DNA of 64,000 nt from Acidimicrobiia bacterium (lineage in GTDB: Bacteria > Actinomycetota > Acidimicrobiia > IMCC26256 > PALSA-610), in assembly GCA_038238245.1 (NCBI GenBank), contig JBBRXX010000002.1, positions 88,907 to 152,906 on the forward strand. The letters are read 5' to 3'. Under the pieces are notes generated by a model, which did no database searches, was not told the origin of the DNA, and saw nothing but the letters and a program-made list of their open reading frames with translations. Position numbers and translations under genes: made by a program. Every line of letters begins with the position of its first letter. Position 1 is the first letter of the stretch. Below, in pieces: positions 44,674 to 53,960 of the stretch.

Positions 44674-46010
44674 TCGGCGAGCAGGTCGCGCACTGCTGAC
44701 GAGGCAGGCACCTCACCGCGTGCCGCGTACGCTTCGGCGCGTTCGGCGATCCGGTCGTCCTCGTACAGGTAGTTGGCCATCACGCCGAACGCGCGCGATC
44801 GTCCGACGGGTGACGGATCCGCCATCCAGTTGATGCGTTCAACGCCTGCACCGTTCGCAAGATGGAAGTTCGCGACCGGATCGAGCACGCGTCCCTCGTG
44901 GGCCGTCGTGAGATACCGGGCGCACAGCGCCAGCAACGCGGGCCGGATCGCCTCGTCGCTCTCCCATTCGACGTCGCCGAGACGTGCGAGCACCCGCCCC
45001 GGCTCGGCCGGTAACAGCTCTTGCTCTCCTTCGGTGAGCGCGCCACCCATCTCGCCGAGCTCATGTTCCACCCACGACCGGAAGGTCGGAATCGGCGACA
45101 GCGTGACGAACCGGCGTAGCCCCGGGAGGTCGAGCCGCAACGCCTCGACGACCTGCTTGATGAGTGCAGTCCCGAGGTTGACGCCTGCAAGCCCGGGCTG
45201 ACAGTTCGAGATCGAGTAGAAGACCGCGGTCTCGGCGCGGTCAACGTCGAGCTCGGGGGCGCGGGCGTCGAGCAGCGGCGGCAGCATCGTCGGGATCCCG
45301 GAGGTGAGCGCAACCTCCACGAACACGAGCGGCTCGTTGGGCATCGCGGGATGGAAGAACGCGTAACAGCGGCGGTCGGAGTCGAGCCGGTTCTTCAAAT
45401 CGTCCCACGAGCTGATCGCGTGCACGGCTTCGTATGCGATGAGCTTCTCGAGCAGCGCCGCGGGCGCGTCCCACGTGATGCGCCGCAACGTGAGAAGACC
45501 GACGTCGAACAGCGTCGCAATCTGTGCCTTGAGCTCGCGGTCGAGATCCGCGAGACCGTCGTCGCCGTCCGCGAGGCGCAAGATGTCGGCGCGCAGGTCG
45601 ACGAGGAACTTCACGCCGCCCTCCAGGCCGGTGACGAGGCGGAGCAGTGACGCCGCGGGCGGAACGAGCGCGTCGCGGAGATGCCGCTCCGCCGATCGGC
45701 GTTCGTCACTCAGACGCACCGCGCGCATCGCCTCGTCGACCACTGCGGGGTCGGTCCAGAATTCGCGCGCGAGCATGTCGAGGAAGTTCCGGCGGCCGGT
45801 ATCGGACAACGTGATGTAGGCGTCGGCGATCGCGGCGGCCTCCGCCCGCTGGGTCATCGTGTCGTGCAGGCGCAGGAGGTCGGCGACGACTTCGCGGATA
45901 CGCGCGACGTCGCGCTCGGGCAGGCTCGGTGCGAGGTCGAGCGCGACAAGTCCGGGCTTGCGCCGCAAACCGCGGCGCAACAACCGGTCGAGGAATCGCC
46001 GCTGCGCCAT
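44670..46010 (-). CDS. malonyl-CoA decarboxylase
   Basis: 'CYAFFHPAMPNEPLVFVEVAL', 'AVFYSISNCQPGLAGVNLG', 'FVTLSPIPTFRSW' and 'DPVANFHLANGAGVERINWMAD' match the MCD family. Confidence 0.88.
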   Translation of the reverse strand: MAQRRFLDRLLRRGLRRKPGLVALDLAPSLPERDVARIREVVADLLRLHDTMTQRAEAAAIADAYITLSDTGRRNFLDMLAREFWTDPAVVDEAMRAVRLSDERRSAERHLRDALVPPAASLLRLVTGLEGGVKFLVDLRADILRLADGDDGLADLDRELKAQIATLFDVGLLTLRRITWDAPAALLEKLIAYEAVHAISSWDDLKNRLDSDRRCYAFFHPAMPNEPLVFVEVALTSGIPTMLPPLLDARAPELDVDRAETAVFYSISNCQPGLAGVNLGTALIKQVVEALRLDLPGLRRFVTLSPIPTFRSWVEHELGEMGGALTEGEQELLPAEPGRVLARLGDVEWESDEAIRPALLALCARYLTTAHEGRVLDPVANFHLANGAGVERINWMADPSPVGRSRAFGVMANYLYEDDRIAERAEAYAARGEVPASSAVRDLLAD

Positions 46011-46031
46011 TAGCGTGCGAACCGGGTGTGG

Positions 46032-47747
46032 TCAGCCACCGGGGACGGTTACCGACTCGCTGTCGCGGCCCGAGCGCAGCAACGTGCCGGGACGAGCCTC
46101 GGTGAACTCGCCGTGGTCGACGATCTCGGTGCCGTTCACGATGACGTGGTCGATGCCGTCCGCGCCACCGTAGAGGCGGGGCGCGCCCGTCGGGAGATCG
46201 AACCGCATGCGCACCGGTTGCGCGCCGACGGTCTCGGGATCGATGACCACGACGTCGGCGTGCCAGCCCGCGGCGAGGCGGCCCCGTTCCTTCAGCCCGT
46301 ACAGCCGCGCGGGGACGTCGGTGAGCAGGTTGATCGCTTCCTCGATCGGCATGAGCTTGCGCGCTCGTACCGGCTGGCCGAGCAGCACGGTCGAGTAGTT
46401 GAAGGTCGCGAGGAAGTCGAGGTGCGCGCCTGCATCGCTCGCGCCGATGATCGTGCGCGAATCACGCCACACCTTCATCCGCGCCTCCCACGTTTCGTCG
46501 TCGTCGGGCCGGGACGGGAACCCGAAGCCGGTCATCAGGTCGTCGGCGACGACGATGTCGCAGAGCGCGTCGAACTCGTCGACGCCGCGCGCGGTGGCGA
46601 TCTCGGAGACTTGCTTGCCTTCCCACTTCTTGTTCTCGGGCGTGAACGTCTCGCTGATCACGTAGATGCCCCAGTTCGACACCTTGAACCCGGTGGTCGG
46701 CTGGAGCGCGGCCTCCGCGAGCATCTTGCGGCTGTCGACCGACGCGAGCATTGCCTTCTTCTCGTCGTGGGGGAGGGCCATGGGCTTTTCCCACCCGGGA
46801 ATCGTGTCGAGCAGGAAGCCGCTGTCGAAGCAGATGCGCGGGGAGGGCGTGAACGGCACCGTCAACGCGAGCACCCGCGCGCCGCGCTCGGTCGCGTAGT
46901 CGGACGCAGCCAGGTTGTGCTCGGTCGTGGCCTCACTGCCCTTGCCCACGAACAGCACATTCCAGTTGATCGGACGATTGGCGGCGAGCGACATACGCGT
47001 CAGCAGGTCGGGGGCGAAATCCTCGAAGAGACCGACGCACGGGATGAACTCCAGCGTCGTGCCCGGGTGCTCGCGCACGACGCGGCACAGCGCCAGGATC
47101 TCGTCCTCGCTCGCGTACCGCGACGGCACCATGTCGCCGGCCGCGTCGTTGTGCGTGCGCGCCCAACTCGACGAGAAGCCCATGCCGCCGGCCGCGAGAC
47201 TGGCGTCGAGCAGCTGTTGCATGGCGCTGAGATCGTCGGCGGTTGCCTCACCCTTCGTCGCGCGCTCACCCATCACCACCCGCCGGATCGTCGAGTGGCC
47301 GACGAGGAAGCCCGCGTTCGGCGCGAGCGTCCCATCGATCTTGCCGAGGTACTCGCCGAAGCTGCGCCAGTTCCACGGCACACCTTCTTGCAGCGCGCCG
47401 ACGGGCATCCCTTCCACCCGGGCGAGCATGTGCAGCAGATAGTCCGCGTGCTCGGGGCCGAGCGGCGCGATCGTGAAGCCACAGTTGCCGCCGATGACCG
47501 TTGTCACACCGTGCAGCGGCGACGGTGACAACGTCGTGTCCCAGAACGCTTGCGCGTCATAGTGCGTGTGTATGTCGACGAAGCCAGGCGCCACGACCTT
47601 GCCGTCGGCATCGATCGTGCGGGTCGCGTTGTCGTCGAAATCGCCGATCGCCGCGATGTGGCCGTCCTTGATCCCGACGTCGGCTCGTCGGCCGGGCGTG
47701 CCGGTGCCGTCCACGACCGTGCCGTTGCGGATGATCAGATCGAACAT
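46032..47747 (-). CDS. N-acyl-D-amino-acid deacylase (D-aminoacylase) family amidohydrolase
   Basis: ATG 47747 'MFDLIIRNGTVVDGTG...VAPGFVDIHTHYD' gives the HxH metal site. Also 'GVTTVIGGNCG' and 'VVIDPETV'. Confidence 0.9.
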   Translation of the reverse strand: MFDLIIRNGTVVDGTGTPGRRADVGIKDGHIAAIGDFDDNATRTIDADGKVVAPGFVDIHTHYDAQAFWDTTLSPSPLHGVTTVIGGNCGFTIAPLGPEHADYLLHMLARVEGMPVGALQEGVPWNWRSFGEYLGKIDGTLAPNAGFLVGHSTIRRVVMGERATKGEATADDLSAMQQLLDASLAAGGMGFSSSWARTHNDAAGDMVPSRYASEDEILALCRVVREHPGTTLEFIPCVGLFEDFAPDLLTRMSLAANRPINWNVLFVGKGSEATTEHNLAASDYATERGARVLALTVPFTPSPRICFDSGFLLDTIPGWEKPMALPHDEKKAMLASVDSRKMLAEAALQPTTGFKVSNWGIYVISETFTPENKKWEGKQVSEIATARGVDEFDALCDIVVADDLMTGFGFPSRPDDDETWEARMKVWRDSRTIIGASDAGAHLDFLATFNYSTVLLGQPVRARKLMPIEEAINLLTDVPARLYGLKERGRLAAGWHADVVVIDPETVGAQPVRMRFDLPTGAPRLYGGADGIDHVIVNGTEIVDHGEFTEARPGTLLRSGRDSESVTVPGG

Positions 47748-47770
47748 GCTCCAACTATTGTCCACCCGGC

Positions 47771-48556
47771 ATGGGTGACGCACTCCTGAATCGTGTCGCG
47801 ATCGTCACGGGCGCGTCGCGGGGGATCGGTGCCGCGATCGCGCGCCGCCTCGCCGGCGAAGGCGCGCGCGTCGCGCTGGTCGCCCGGTCGCTGGAACCCG
47901 GCTCGGGCGGCCATCTCGCAGGCTCCCTCCGGGAGACCGCCGCCGGCATCGTCGAGCACGGCGGGGTCGCCGAACCGATCGTCGCCGACCTCTCGGACCC
48001 GGCGTGTGACCGGGCTGCGATCGTCGCCGACACCGAGGCGGCACTCGGTCCCGTCGACATCCTCGTGAACAACGCGGCCGCATGCTTCTATCTCTCGATC
48101 GACGAGACCTCGGAACGACGCTTGCGGGTCGCCTACGAGGTGAACGTGATCACCCCGTATCTGTTGACGAAGGCCGTCGTCCCCGGCATGCGCGAGCGCG
48201 GCGAGGGATGGATCGTGAACATCACGAGCGCGATCGTCGATACCGAACACCTCGAAAGCCCGCAGCAGGCGCGCTCGTCGACCTACGCCCCGAGCAAGGC
48301 TGCGCTCGACCGGCTCACCGTGTCGTTCGCGAGCGAGCTGCGGGATACCGGTATCGCGGTGAACGCGCTCGCGCCCGAGCGCGCGGTTGCGACCGAGGGT
48401 GCGACCGCGGTGATGGCCCTTCCCGATGAATGGTGTGAACCGGTCGAGCGGATGGCCGACGCGTCGCTGGCGCTGTGCACGTGCGACGCGACGTCACAGA
48501 ACGGCATGGTCGTGCGGTCCGGCCCATACCTCAGGTCACGCGGGCTGCTCGCGTGA
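47771..48556 (+). CDS. SDR family oxidoreductase
   Basis: 'RVAIVTGASRGIGAAIA', 'LVNNAA' and 'YAPSKAALDRL'. Confidence 0.9.
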   Translation: MGDALLNRVAIVTGASRGIGAAIARRLAGEGARVALVARSLEPGSGGHLAGSLRETAAGIVEHGGVAEPIVADLSDPACDRAAIVADTEAALGPVDILVNNAAACFYLSIDETSERRLRVAYEVNVITPYLLTKAVVPGMRERGEGWIVNITSAIVDTEHLESPQQARSSTYAPSKAALDRLTVSFASELRDTGIAVNALAPERAVATEGATAVMALPDEWCEPVERMADASLALCTCDATSQNGMVVRSGPYLRSRGLLA

Positions 48557-49284
48557 AGATCGCGCTCGTGACCGGCGGCGCCAGCGGCATCGGGCAGGCG
48601 ACTGCACGCGTGCTCGCCGCGCGTGGCGCACACGTCGTGGTCGCCGATGTCGACGAAAGGGGTGCACGGATCACGGCCGACGAAGTCGGTGGCGAGTCGG
48701 TAGCTGTCGACGTTGCGGACGATGCGTCGGTCGAGGCGATGGTCGCGTTCTGCATCGATCGCTTCGGTGGCCTCGACTGGGCCTGCAACATCGCCGGCAT
48801 CTCGCCCGAGGTGAAGCCGTTCGCCGAGCACACGGCCGCCGAATGGCAGCGAACCATTGACGTGAACCTGACCGGTGTTTTCTTCTGCATGCAGCACGAG
48901 CTTCGGCAGATGACCGCGCAAGGACGCGGTGGTGCGATCGTCAACATGGCGTCGGCCGCGGGCGTCGTGCCGGCACCGGGCCAGCCGCAATACACCGCCG
49001 CCAAGCACGGTGTGCTCGGTCTCACGAAACAGGCCGCGCAAGAATTTGCCCGCAGTGGAATCCGGGTGAACGCCGTGTTGCCCGGACAGACGGAGACGGC
49101 GCCGATGCGTGCGTACCTCGACGCACTGCCGGACCAGGGTGAGAAAATGGCGCGGCGCCTGCCCATGGGCCGCCTCGCCGCCCCCGAGGAGATCGCGAAC
49201 GCGGTCGCATGGCTCTGCTCCGACGAGGCGAGCTACGTGAACGGCGTGTCCCTGGTCGTCGACGGCGGTCTGATCGTCCGCTGA
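48553..49284 (+). CDS. SDR family oxidoreductase
   Basis: GTG 48553 overlaps the preceding stop (GTGA). 'KIALVTGGASGIGQATA', 'ACNIAGI', 'YTAAKHGVLGLTK' and 'YVNGVSLVVDGG'. Confidence 0.9.
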   Translation: MKIALVTGGASGIGQATARVLAARGAHVVVADVDERGARITADEVGGESVAVDVADDASVEAMVAFCIDRFGGLDWACNIAGISPEVKPFAEHTAAEWQRTIDVNLTGVFFCMQHELRQMTAQGRGGAIVNMASAAGVVPAPGQPQYTAAKHGVLGLTKQAAQEFARSGIRVNAVLPGQTETAPMRAYLDALPDQGEKMARRLPMGRLAAPEEIANAVAWLCSDEASYVNGVSLVVDGGLIVR

Positions 49285-49328
49285 GCCGCCCTCGACACGG
49301 TTGCACCCGGCGTTCGATACTTGCAGGC

Positions 49329-50222
49329 GTGTCGGGCAGGGTCATTGCGGCAACCATCCTCTCGGTCGCGACCGCGTTCCTCTACTCGTTGAGCAACGTC
49401 CTCGAGATGCTGGAAGCCGAGCAGATCCCCGACGAGTACGCATTGCGCATGGGACTGATGACGCGACTCGTCAAGCGGCCGCGTTGGTTGCTCGGCCTTC
49501 TCGCGGACTTTCTCGGTTTCGCGACGCAGGCCGCGGCGCTCGGTCTCGCAGCTGTTGTGTTCGTGGAGCCGATCCTCGCGTCAGGGATCCTGATGGCGAT
49601 CTTTCTCGGCGCCGCGTTCACCCACAAGCCCGTCCATCGCTCCGACATCGTCGCCGCGCTCGTGCTCTCGGCCGGGCTCGCCGTCTTCCTCTACGAAGTG
49701 TCGCCGACGGGCGGCGCAGACGTGGGTGAGCTCGCGCGGTGGCTGGTCGCCGGTCCGATCGCATGCGCGGTGATCCTGGTGTGCATGACGCTCGGCCGGA
49801 ACACCACCGGTCCGTGGCGCGGCGCGTCGCTCGGTGTCGCGGCCGGCATCTCGTTCGGTATTGCCGCGGTGCTCACCAAGACACTGATGCACTACCTCGG
49901 CGACGGCGTGTTCGCCTGGGTGAACCACTGGGAGCCGTACGGGCTCGCCGCGTTCGCGATCGGCGGTGTCGTCCTGACCCAGAGCGCGTTGCAGACCGGC
50001 GCACTCGGCGCGGCCGTCGGCGCGCAGGAGGCGATGGCGCCGATCTCGGCGGCGATCTTCGGGCTCGTGCTGTTGCATGAGGAGGTCGCGGCGCAGAACG
50101 GCATCCAGATCTTCCTGGTGTCGTGCTCGCTCATCGCAGTGCTCGGTGGCATCGCGATGCTGGCGCGCGCGGAGGAGCGGTTGCTCGGTGATGCCGCTGA
50201 GCCGCGCGCCGAGGTGCGCTGA
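49329..50222 (+). CDS. integral membrane protein (DMT/NIPA-like transporter fold)
   Basis: GTG 49329. About 9 hydrophobic segments, e.g. 'VIAATILSVATAFLYSL' and 'GVAAGISFGIAAVLTK'. The family assignment is tentative. Confidence 0.7.
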   Translation: MSGRVIAATILSVATAFLYSLSNVLEMLEAEQIPDEYALRMGLMTRLVKRPRWLLGLLADFLGFATQAAALGLAAVVFVEPILASGILMAIFLGAAFTHKPVHRSDIVAALVLSAGLAVFLYEVSPTGGADVGELARWLVAGPIACAVILVCMTLGRNTTGPWRGASLGVAAGISFGIAAVLTKTLMHYLGDGVFAWVNHWEPYGLAAFAIGGVVLTQSALQTGALGAAVGAQEAMAPISAAIFGLVLLHEEVAAQNGIQIFLVSCSLIAVLGGIAMLARAEERLLGDAAEPRAEVR

Positions 50223-50225
50223 CGC

Positions 50226-50618
50226 CTACTTCCCCTCGCTCACGACCATGAGCAGCCCGCCGAGCATGCCGACGTTCTTCAGGAAGTGAACCGTCTGTTG
50301 CGCCTTGGCCGACGGGTCCTGCTCCTCCCAGAAGCGGTGCCCGGCAAGCGTCGTCGGTACCAGCGAGCCCGCGAGCGCCAGGCCCGCGAGACGCGGCATC
50401 ACGCCGAGCGCGAGCGCGATGCCGGCGCCGACCTGGACCGCGCCGTTGAAACGGACGAGCTGCACGGTGTCGGCATCCACGCCGGCCGCGTCGGCGATCT
50501 TGGGTGCGACCGGCTCGGCCCGCCGCGCCTTCGACTTGGGGTTTCGGACGGCGTCGAGGCCGCCGTAGACGAACATTCCGGCCAGCATCGGGCGGGCAAC
50601 ACTTCGGAGTAGACGCAT
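50226..50618 (-). CDS. DoxX family membrane protein
   Basis: ATG 50618 'MRLLRSVARPMLAGMFVYGGLDAV...LAGHRFWEE...HFLKNVGMLGGLL'. Only the last 130 codons of the 752-aa track ORF 50226..52484 are credible; the rest is antisense to the P450 and SnoaL genes. Confidence 0.8.
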   Translation of the reverse strand: MRLLRSVARPMLAGMFVYGGLDAVRNPKSKARRAEPVAPKIADAAGVDADTVQLVRFNGAVQVGAGIALALGVMPRLAGLALAGSLVPTTLAGHRFWEEQDPSAKAQQTVHFLKNVGMLGGLLMVVSEGK

Positions 50619-50635
50619 GCGGTCGTCTCTACCCA

Positions 50636-50827
50636 CTAGGTGCGCCGAAGGCACCACCGCGCCCAGAGCGGGCCGAATCCGAGGACGACGGCCTGGCCCA
50701 CGGCGTACCCCGGGCTGTGCGTGATCCCGTACGTCACGATCGAGACGAGCGCGGCGGCAAGATACGCGGCGAGAAGTATGTGCCGCCCTTCGGCGGTCAG
50801 CAGGAGCCGGCGTCCGAGCTCGCCCAT
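50636..50827 (-). CDS. possible small membrane protein (63 aa)
   Basis: Two hydrophobic segments ('ILLAAYLAAALVSIVTYGI', 'AVVLGFGPLWARW'). Same strand as the DoxX gene and 17 nt upstream of it. No homology recognised. Confidence 0.3.
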   Translation of the reverse strand: MGELGRRLLLTAEGRHILLAAYLAAALVSIVTYGITHSPGYAVGQAVVLGFGPLWARWCLRRT

Positions 50828-50861
50828 GAGCTCGTGATCCTACGCGCCTAGCCTGACGGCG

Positions 50862-52025
50862 GTGGTCCGCTTCAACCCGTACGCGTACGAGTTCCACGAC
50901 GACCCGTTCCCGGTGTACAAGCAGCTGCGCGACGACGCGCCCTGCTACCACGACGAAGCGCTCGGGTTCTGGGCGCTCTCCCGCTACGCGGACGTGGTGG
51001 CCGCGTTGCACGATCCCGACACGTACTGCAGTCGCTACGGGATCACGCTGGAGAGCGGCAACCCGCTCCCGATGCTGCTGACGACCGACCCGCCCGAACA
51101 GACGCGGCTGCGTCGCTTGGTGAGCCGCGCGTTCACGCCCCGGCGCATCACCGAGCTCGAACAGCCGGTCCGCGCGCTCTCGACGACCTATCTCGGTGCA
51201 CTCGGCGATCGGGCGGAGATCGACCTCATCGGGGACTACGCCGCGCTCTTGCCGATGGACGTCATCGCGAAACTCCTCGGCGTTCCCGATGGCGACCAGC
51301 AACAGCTCCGGAAGTGGAGCGACGCGTTGCTGCACCGCGAGGAAGGCAGGCCCGACGTGACCCCCGAGGGCGTCGAGGCGGCGACGCATCTCTACCGGTA
51401 CTTCAGCGCGTTCGTGACGGATCGGCGCGCCCACCCAGGTGGTGACGACTTCACCGCCGCGCTCATCGCGGCCGACTCCGACGGTGAGCGGCTGAGCGAC
51501 GAGCAGGTGGTCGGCTTCTGCTTCCTGCTGATCATCGCCGGGAACGAGACCACGACCAAGCTGCTCGGCAACTGCCTGCTCGCGCTGCAGCGTTTCCCCG
51601 GTGAACGCCAGAAGGTCGTCGGCGACCAAAGCCGTATCCCGGACGCGGTAGAGGAGACGTTGCGCTACGAAGGTTCGACGCAGGTGATGGCGCGCACGTT
51701 GACACAGCCGGTGGAGCTTCATGGCGCGCGCATGCCCGCCGGCGACAAAGTGCTCCTGCTCCTCGGGTCCGGCAATCGTGACGAGCGCGTGTGGCGGGCC
51801 CCGGACGTGTTCGACATCGACCGCCCGTGGCCCACGCATCACCTCGGATTCGGCCACGGGATCCACGTGTGCCTCGGGGCCGCGTTGGCTCGCCTCGAGA
51901 TGCGGATCAGCCTGGAAGAGTTCCTCGCCCGGTACCCGAGGTACGAGATCGACGGCTCGAGGCTGGAGCGGGTGCACTCCGGCAACGTCCGCGGTTATTC
52001 GCGGATGCCCACGCAGCTGGGGTGA
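50862..52025 (+). CDS. cytochrome P450
   Basis: Heme-thiolate loop 'FGHGIHVCLGAALARLE', ExxR 'VEETLRYE' and I-helix 'IIAGNETT'. GTG start 7 nt after TAGCCT. Confidence 0.93.
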   Translation: MVRFNPYAYEFHDDPFPVYKQLRDDAPCYHDEALGFWALSRYADVVAALHDPDTYCSRYGITLESGNPLPMLLTTDPPEQTRLRRLVSRAFTPRRITELEQPVRALSTTYLGALGDRAEIDLIGDYAALLPMDVIAKLLGVPDGDQQQLRKWSDALLHREEGRPDVTPEGVEAATHLYRYFSAFVTDRRAHPGGDDFTAALIAADSDGERLSDEQVVGFCFLLIIAGNETTTKLLGNCLLALQRFPGERQKVVGDQSRIPDAVEETLRYEGSTQVMARTLTQPVELHGARMPAGDKVLLLLGSGNRDERVWRAPDVFDIDRPWPTHHLGFGHGIHVCLGAALARLEMRISLEEFLARYPRYEIDGSRLERVHSGNVRGYSRMPTQLG

Positions 52026-52028
52026 CGC

Positions 52029-52448
52029 GTGGACGACGTACACGCGATCACGGCGCTCCTCCACGAGTACGCGCGCCGGCTCGACAACGGTGATCTCGAC
52101 GGCGTTGCCGCACTCTTCGCGGACGCAGAGGTGCGCTCGACGCGTGACGACCGTGTCCGCCGCGGCGCCTCCGAGGTCCGCACGCTCTACGACCCGGTGA
52201 TCCTGTACGACGATCACACGCCGCGGACGTTGCATCAGCTCACCAACGTCAGCGTCGATGTCGCGGGCGACACGGCGACCGCCCGGACCTACTTCACCGT
52301 CTTGCAGGTCACCGGCCAGGGCCTGCATCCGATCCTCGCCGGTGAGTACCGAGACCGTTTCGCACGGGCCGGCGGTGCCTGGAAGTTCACCGAACGCGTC
52401 TTCGACCCGAAGCTGTTCGGCGACCTGTCGCGTCACATGAGGCACTGA
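52029..52448 (+). CDS. SnoaL-like / NTF2-fold protein
   Basis: 'ITALLHEYARRLDNGDLDGVAALFADAEV' and 'HQLTNVSVDVAGDTATARTYF' are typical of SnoaL_4. Starts 3 nt after the P450 stop. Confidence 0.8.
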   Translation: MDDVHAITALLHEYARRLDNGDLDGVAALFADAEVRSTRDDRVRRGASEVRTLYDPVILYDDHTPRTLHQLTNVSVDVAGDTATARTYFTVLQVTGQGLHPILAGEYRDRFARAGGAWKFTERVFDPKLFGDLSRHMRH

Positions 52449-52496
52449 GCACGTCGCGGTCGCGGCGCGCGCCGGAGTGGCCATAGCCTGGCGCTC

Positions 52497-53933
52497 GTGA
52501 GCAACCCCACCACACTCGTCGTGATCGGCGCATCCGGCGATCTCGCGGCCCGCTTGCTGTTTCCCGCGCTGCTACGGCTCGAATACCGGGAGCGACTCGA
52601 GGATCTGAAGGTCATCGGGTACGCGCGGCAGGACTGGTCGACCGACGAATTCCACGAGCACCTGCGCTCGAACATCCAGATGACCGACGTGGACATCGAC
52701 GACAAGTATCTCGAGCGCTTCGTCGATCGGATCGAGTTCCACGGCGGCGACATCTCGGTTGAGTCGATGCGCACTCTCTGCGGGGTGCTGGACGGCCCCG
52801 CGATCTTCTACCTCGCGTTGCCGCCGGGCGTGTTCGCCGACGCGGCCGAGACGATCGCCGAGGCCGGGCTCGCGGACGAGACCAAAGGCTGGCGCCGGCT
52901 CGTCATCGAGAAGCCTTTCGGTGAGGATCTGGAGAGCGCGCTCCTGCTCAACGAGAAGCTCCACAAGTACTGGCACGAGGATCAGATCTTCCGCATCGAT
53001 CACTTCCTCGGCAAGGAGACCGTGCAGAACATCGTGGTGTTCCGCTTCGCGAACCGCTTCATCGAACCGGTGTTGAAGTCGGGCCATGTCGACGAGATCC
53101 AGATCACGGTCGCCGAGACCCTCGGGGTGGAGGGGCGCTCGCGCTACTACGACGGTATCGGTGCGTTGCGCGACATGATCCAGAACCACCTCATCCAGAT
53201 GCTCACGTTCCTCACGCTCGAGCCACCCTCCATGTGGGACTCCGAGATGTTGCGCGACCACAAGGTCGAGGTGCTCAAAGCGGTGAAGCACATCAACCCG
53301 GAGAACGACGCCGTTCGCGGGCAGTACAGCGCGGGGCTGGTGGACGGCGCGCCGGTCGTCGGCTACCGGCAGGAGCCGGGGGTTGATCCCCATTCGCGTA
53401 CCGACACGTTCGCGGCCGTCCGTCTGCACGTCGACACCTGGCGGTGGGAGGGCATCCCGGTGCTCCTGCGATCGGGCAAGCGGCTCGCGGCCAAGGCGCA
53501 CGAAGCCGTCTACCGGTTCCGGGAACCACCGACGCGCCTGTTCCGTCACACCCCGCTCGAGCACGCCGAGCCGAACTGGCTCGTCTTCCGCATGAGTCCC
53601 GCGGAGTGCACCGAGCTCGTGGTGCGCACCAAGCAGCCCGGGCTCGAGCTCGAAGCGCGCGAGTCGGTGCTCCGTGCCGAATATGCGGCACCCGACGACT
53701 CCGAGGCGACCGCGTACGAGAGTCTGTTGCTCGACGTGCTCCAGGGCGACCACACGCCGTTCCTTCGCTTCGACGAAGTCGAGTGGTCGTGGCGCATCGT
53801 CGATCCGATTCTGCAAGCGTGGAAGAACGGTGCACCCGAGGAGTACGTTGCCGGCAGCGACGGTCCACCCGGGCAGCACCGCTTCTTGGATCCCGGCCAC
53901 TACTGGCGTCCCCTGGTGCCGCCGACGATCTGA
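52497..53933 (+). CDS. zwf: glucose-6-phosphate 1-dehydrogenase
   Basis: 'LVVIGASGDLAARLLFPAL', active-site 'FRIDHFLGKETVQN' and 'YYDGIGALRDMIQNHL'. GTG start 7 nt after TAGCCT. Confidence 0.95.
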   Translation: MSNPTTLVVIGASGDLAARLLFPALLRLEYRERLEDLKVIGYARQDWSTDEFHEHLRSNIQMTDVDIDDKYLERFVDRIEFHGGDISVESMRTLCGVLDGPAIFYLALPPGVFADAAETIAEAGLADETKGWRRLVIEKPFGEDLESALLLNEKLHKYWHEDQIFRIDHFLGKETVQNIVVFRFANRFIEPVLKSGHVDEIQITVAETLGVEGRSRYYDGIGALRDMIQNHLIQMLTFLTLEPPSMWDSEMLRDHKVEVLKAVKHINPENDAVRGQYSAGLVDGAPVVGYRQEPGVDPHSRTDTFAAVRLHVDTWRWEGIPVLLRSGKRLAAKAHEAVYRFREPPTRLFRHTPLEHAEPNWLVFRMSPAECTELVVRTKQPGLELEARESVLRAEYAAPDDSEATAYESLLLDVLQGDHTPFLRFDEVEWSWRIVDPILQAWKNGAPEEYVAGSDGPPGQHRFLDPGHYWRPLVPPTI

Positions 53934-53960
53934 CACGGGAGCCGTGCGGGAGGAGCCACG

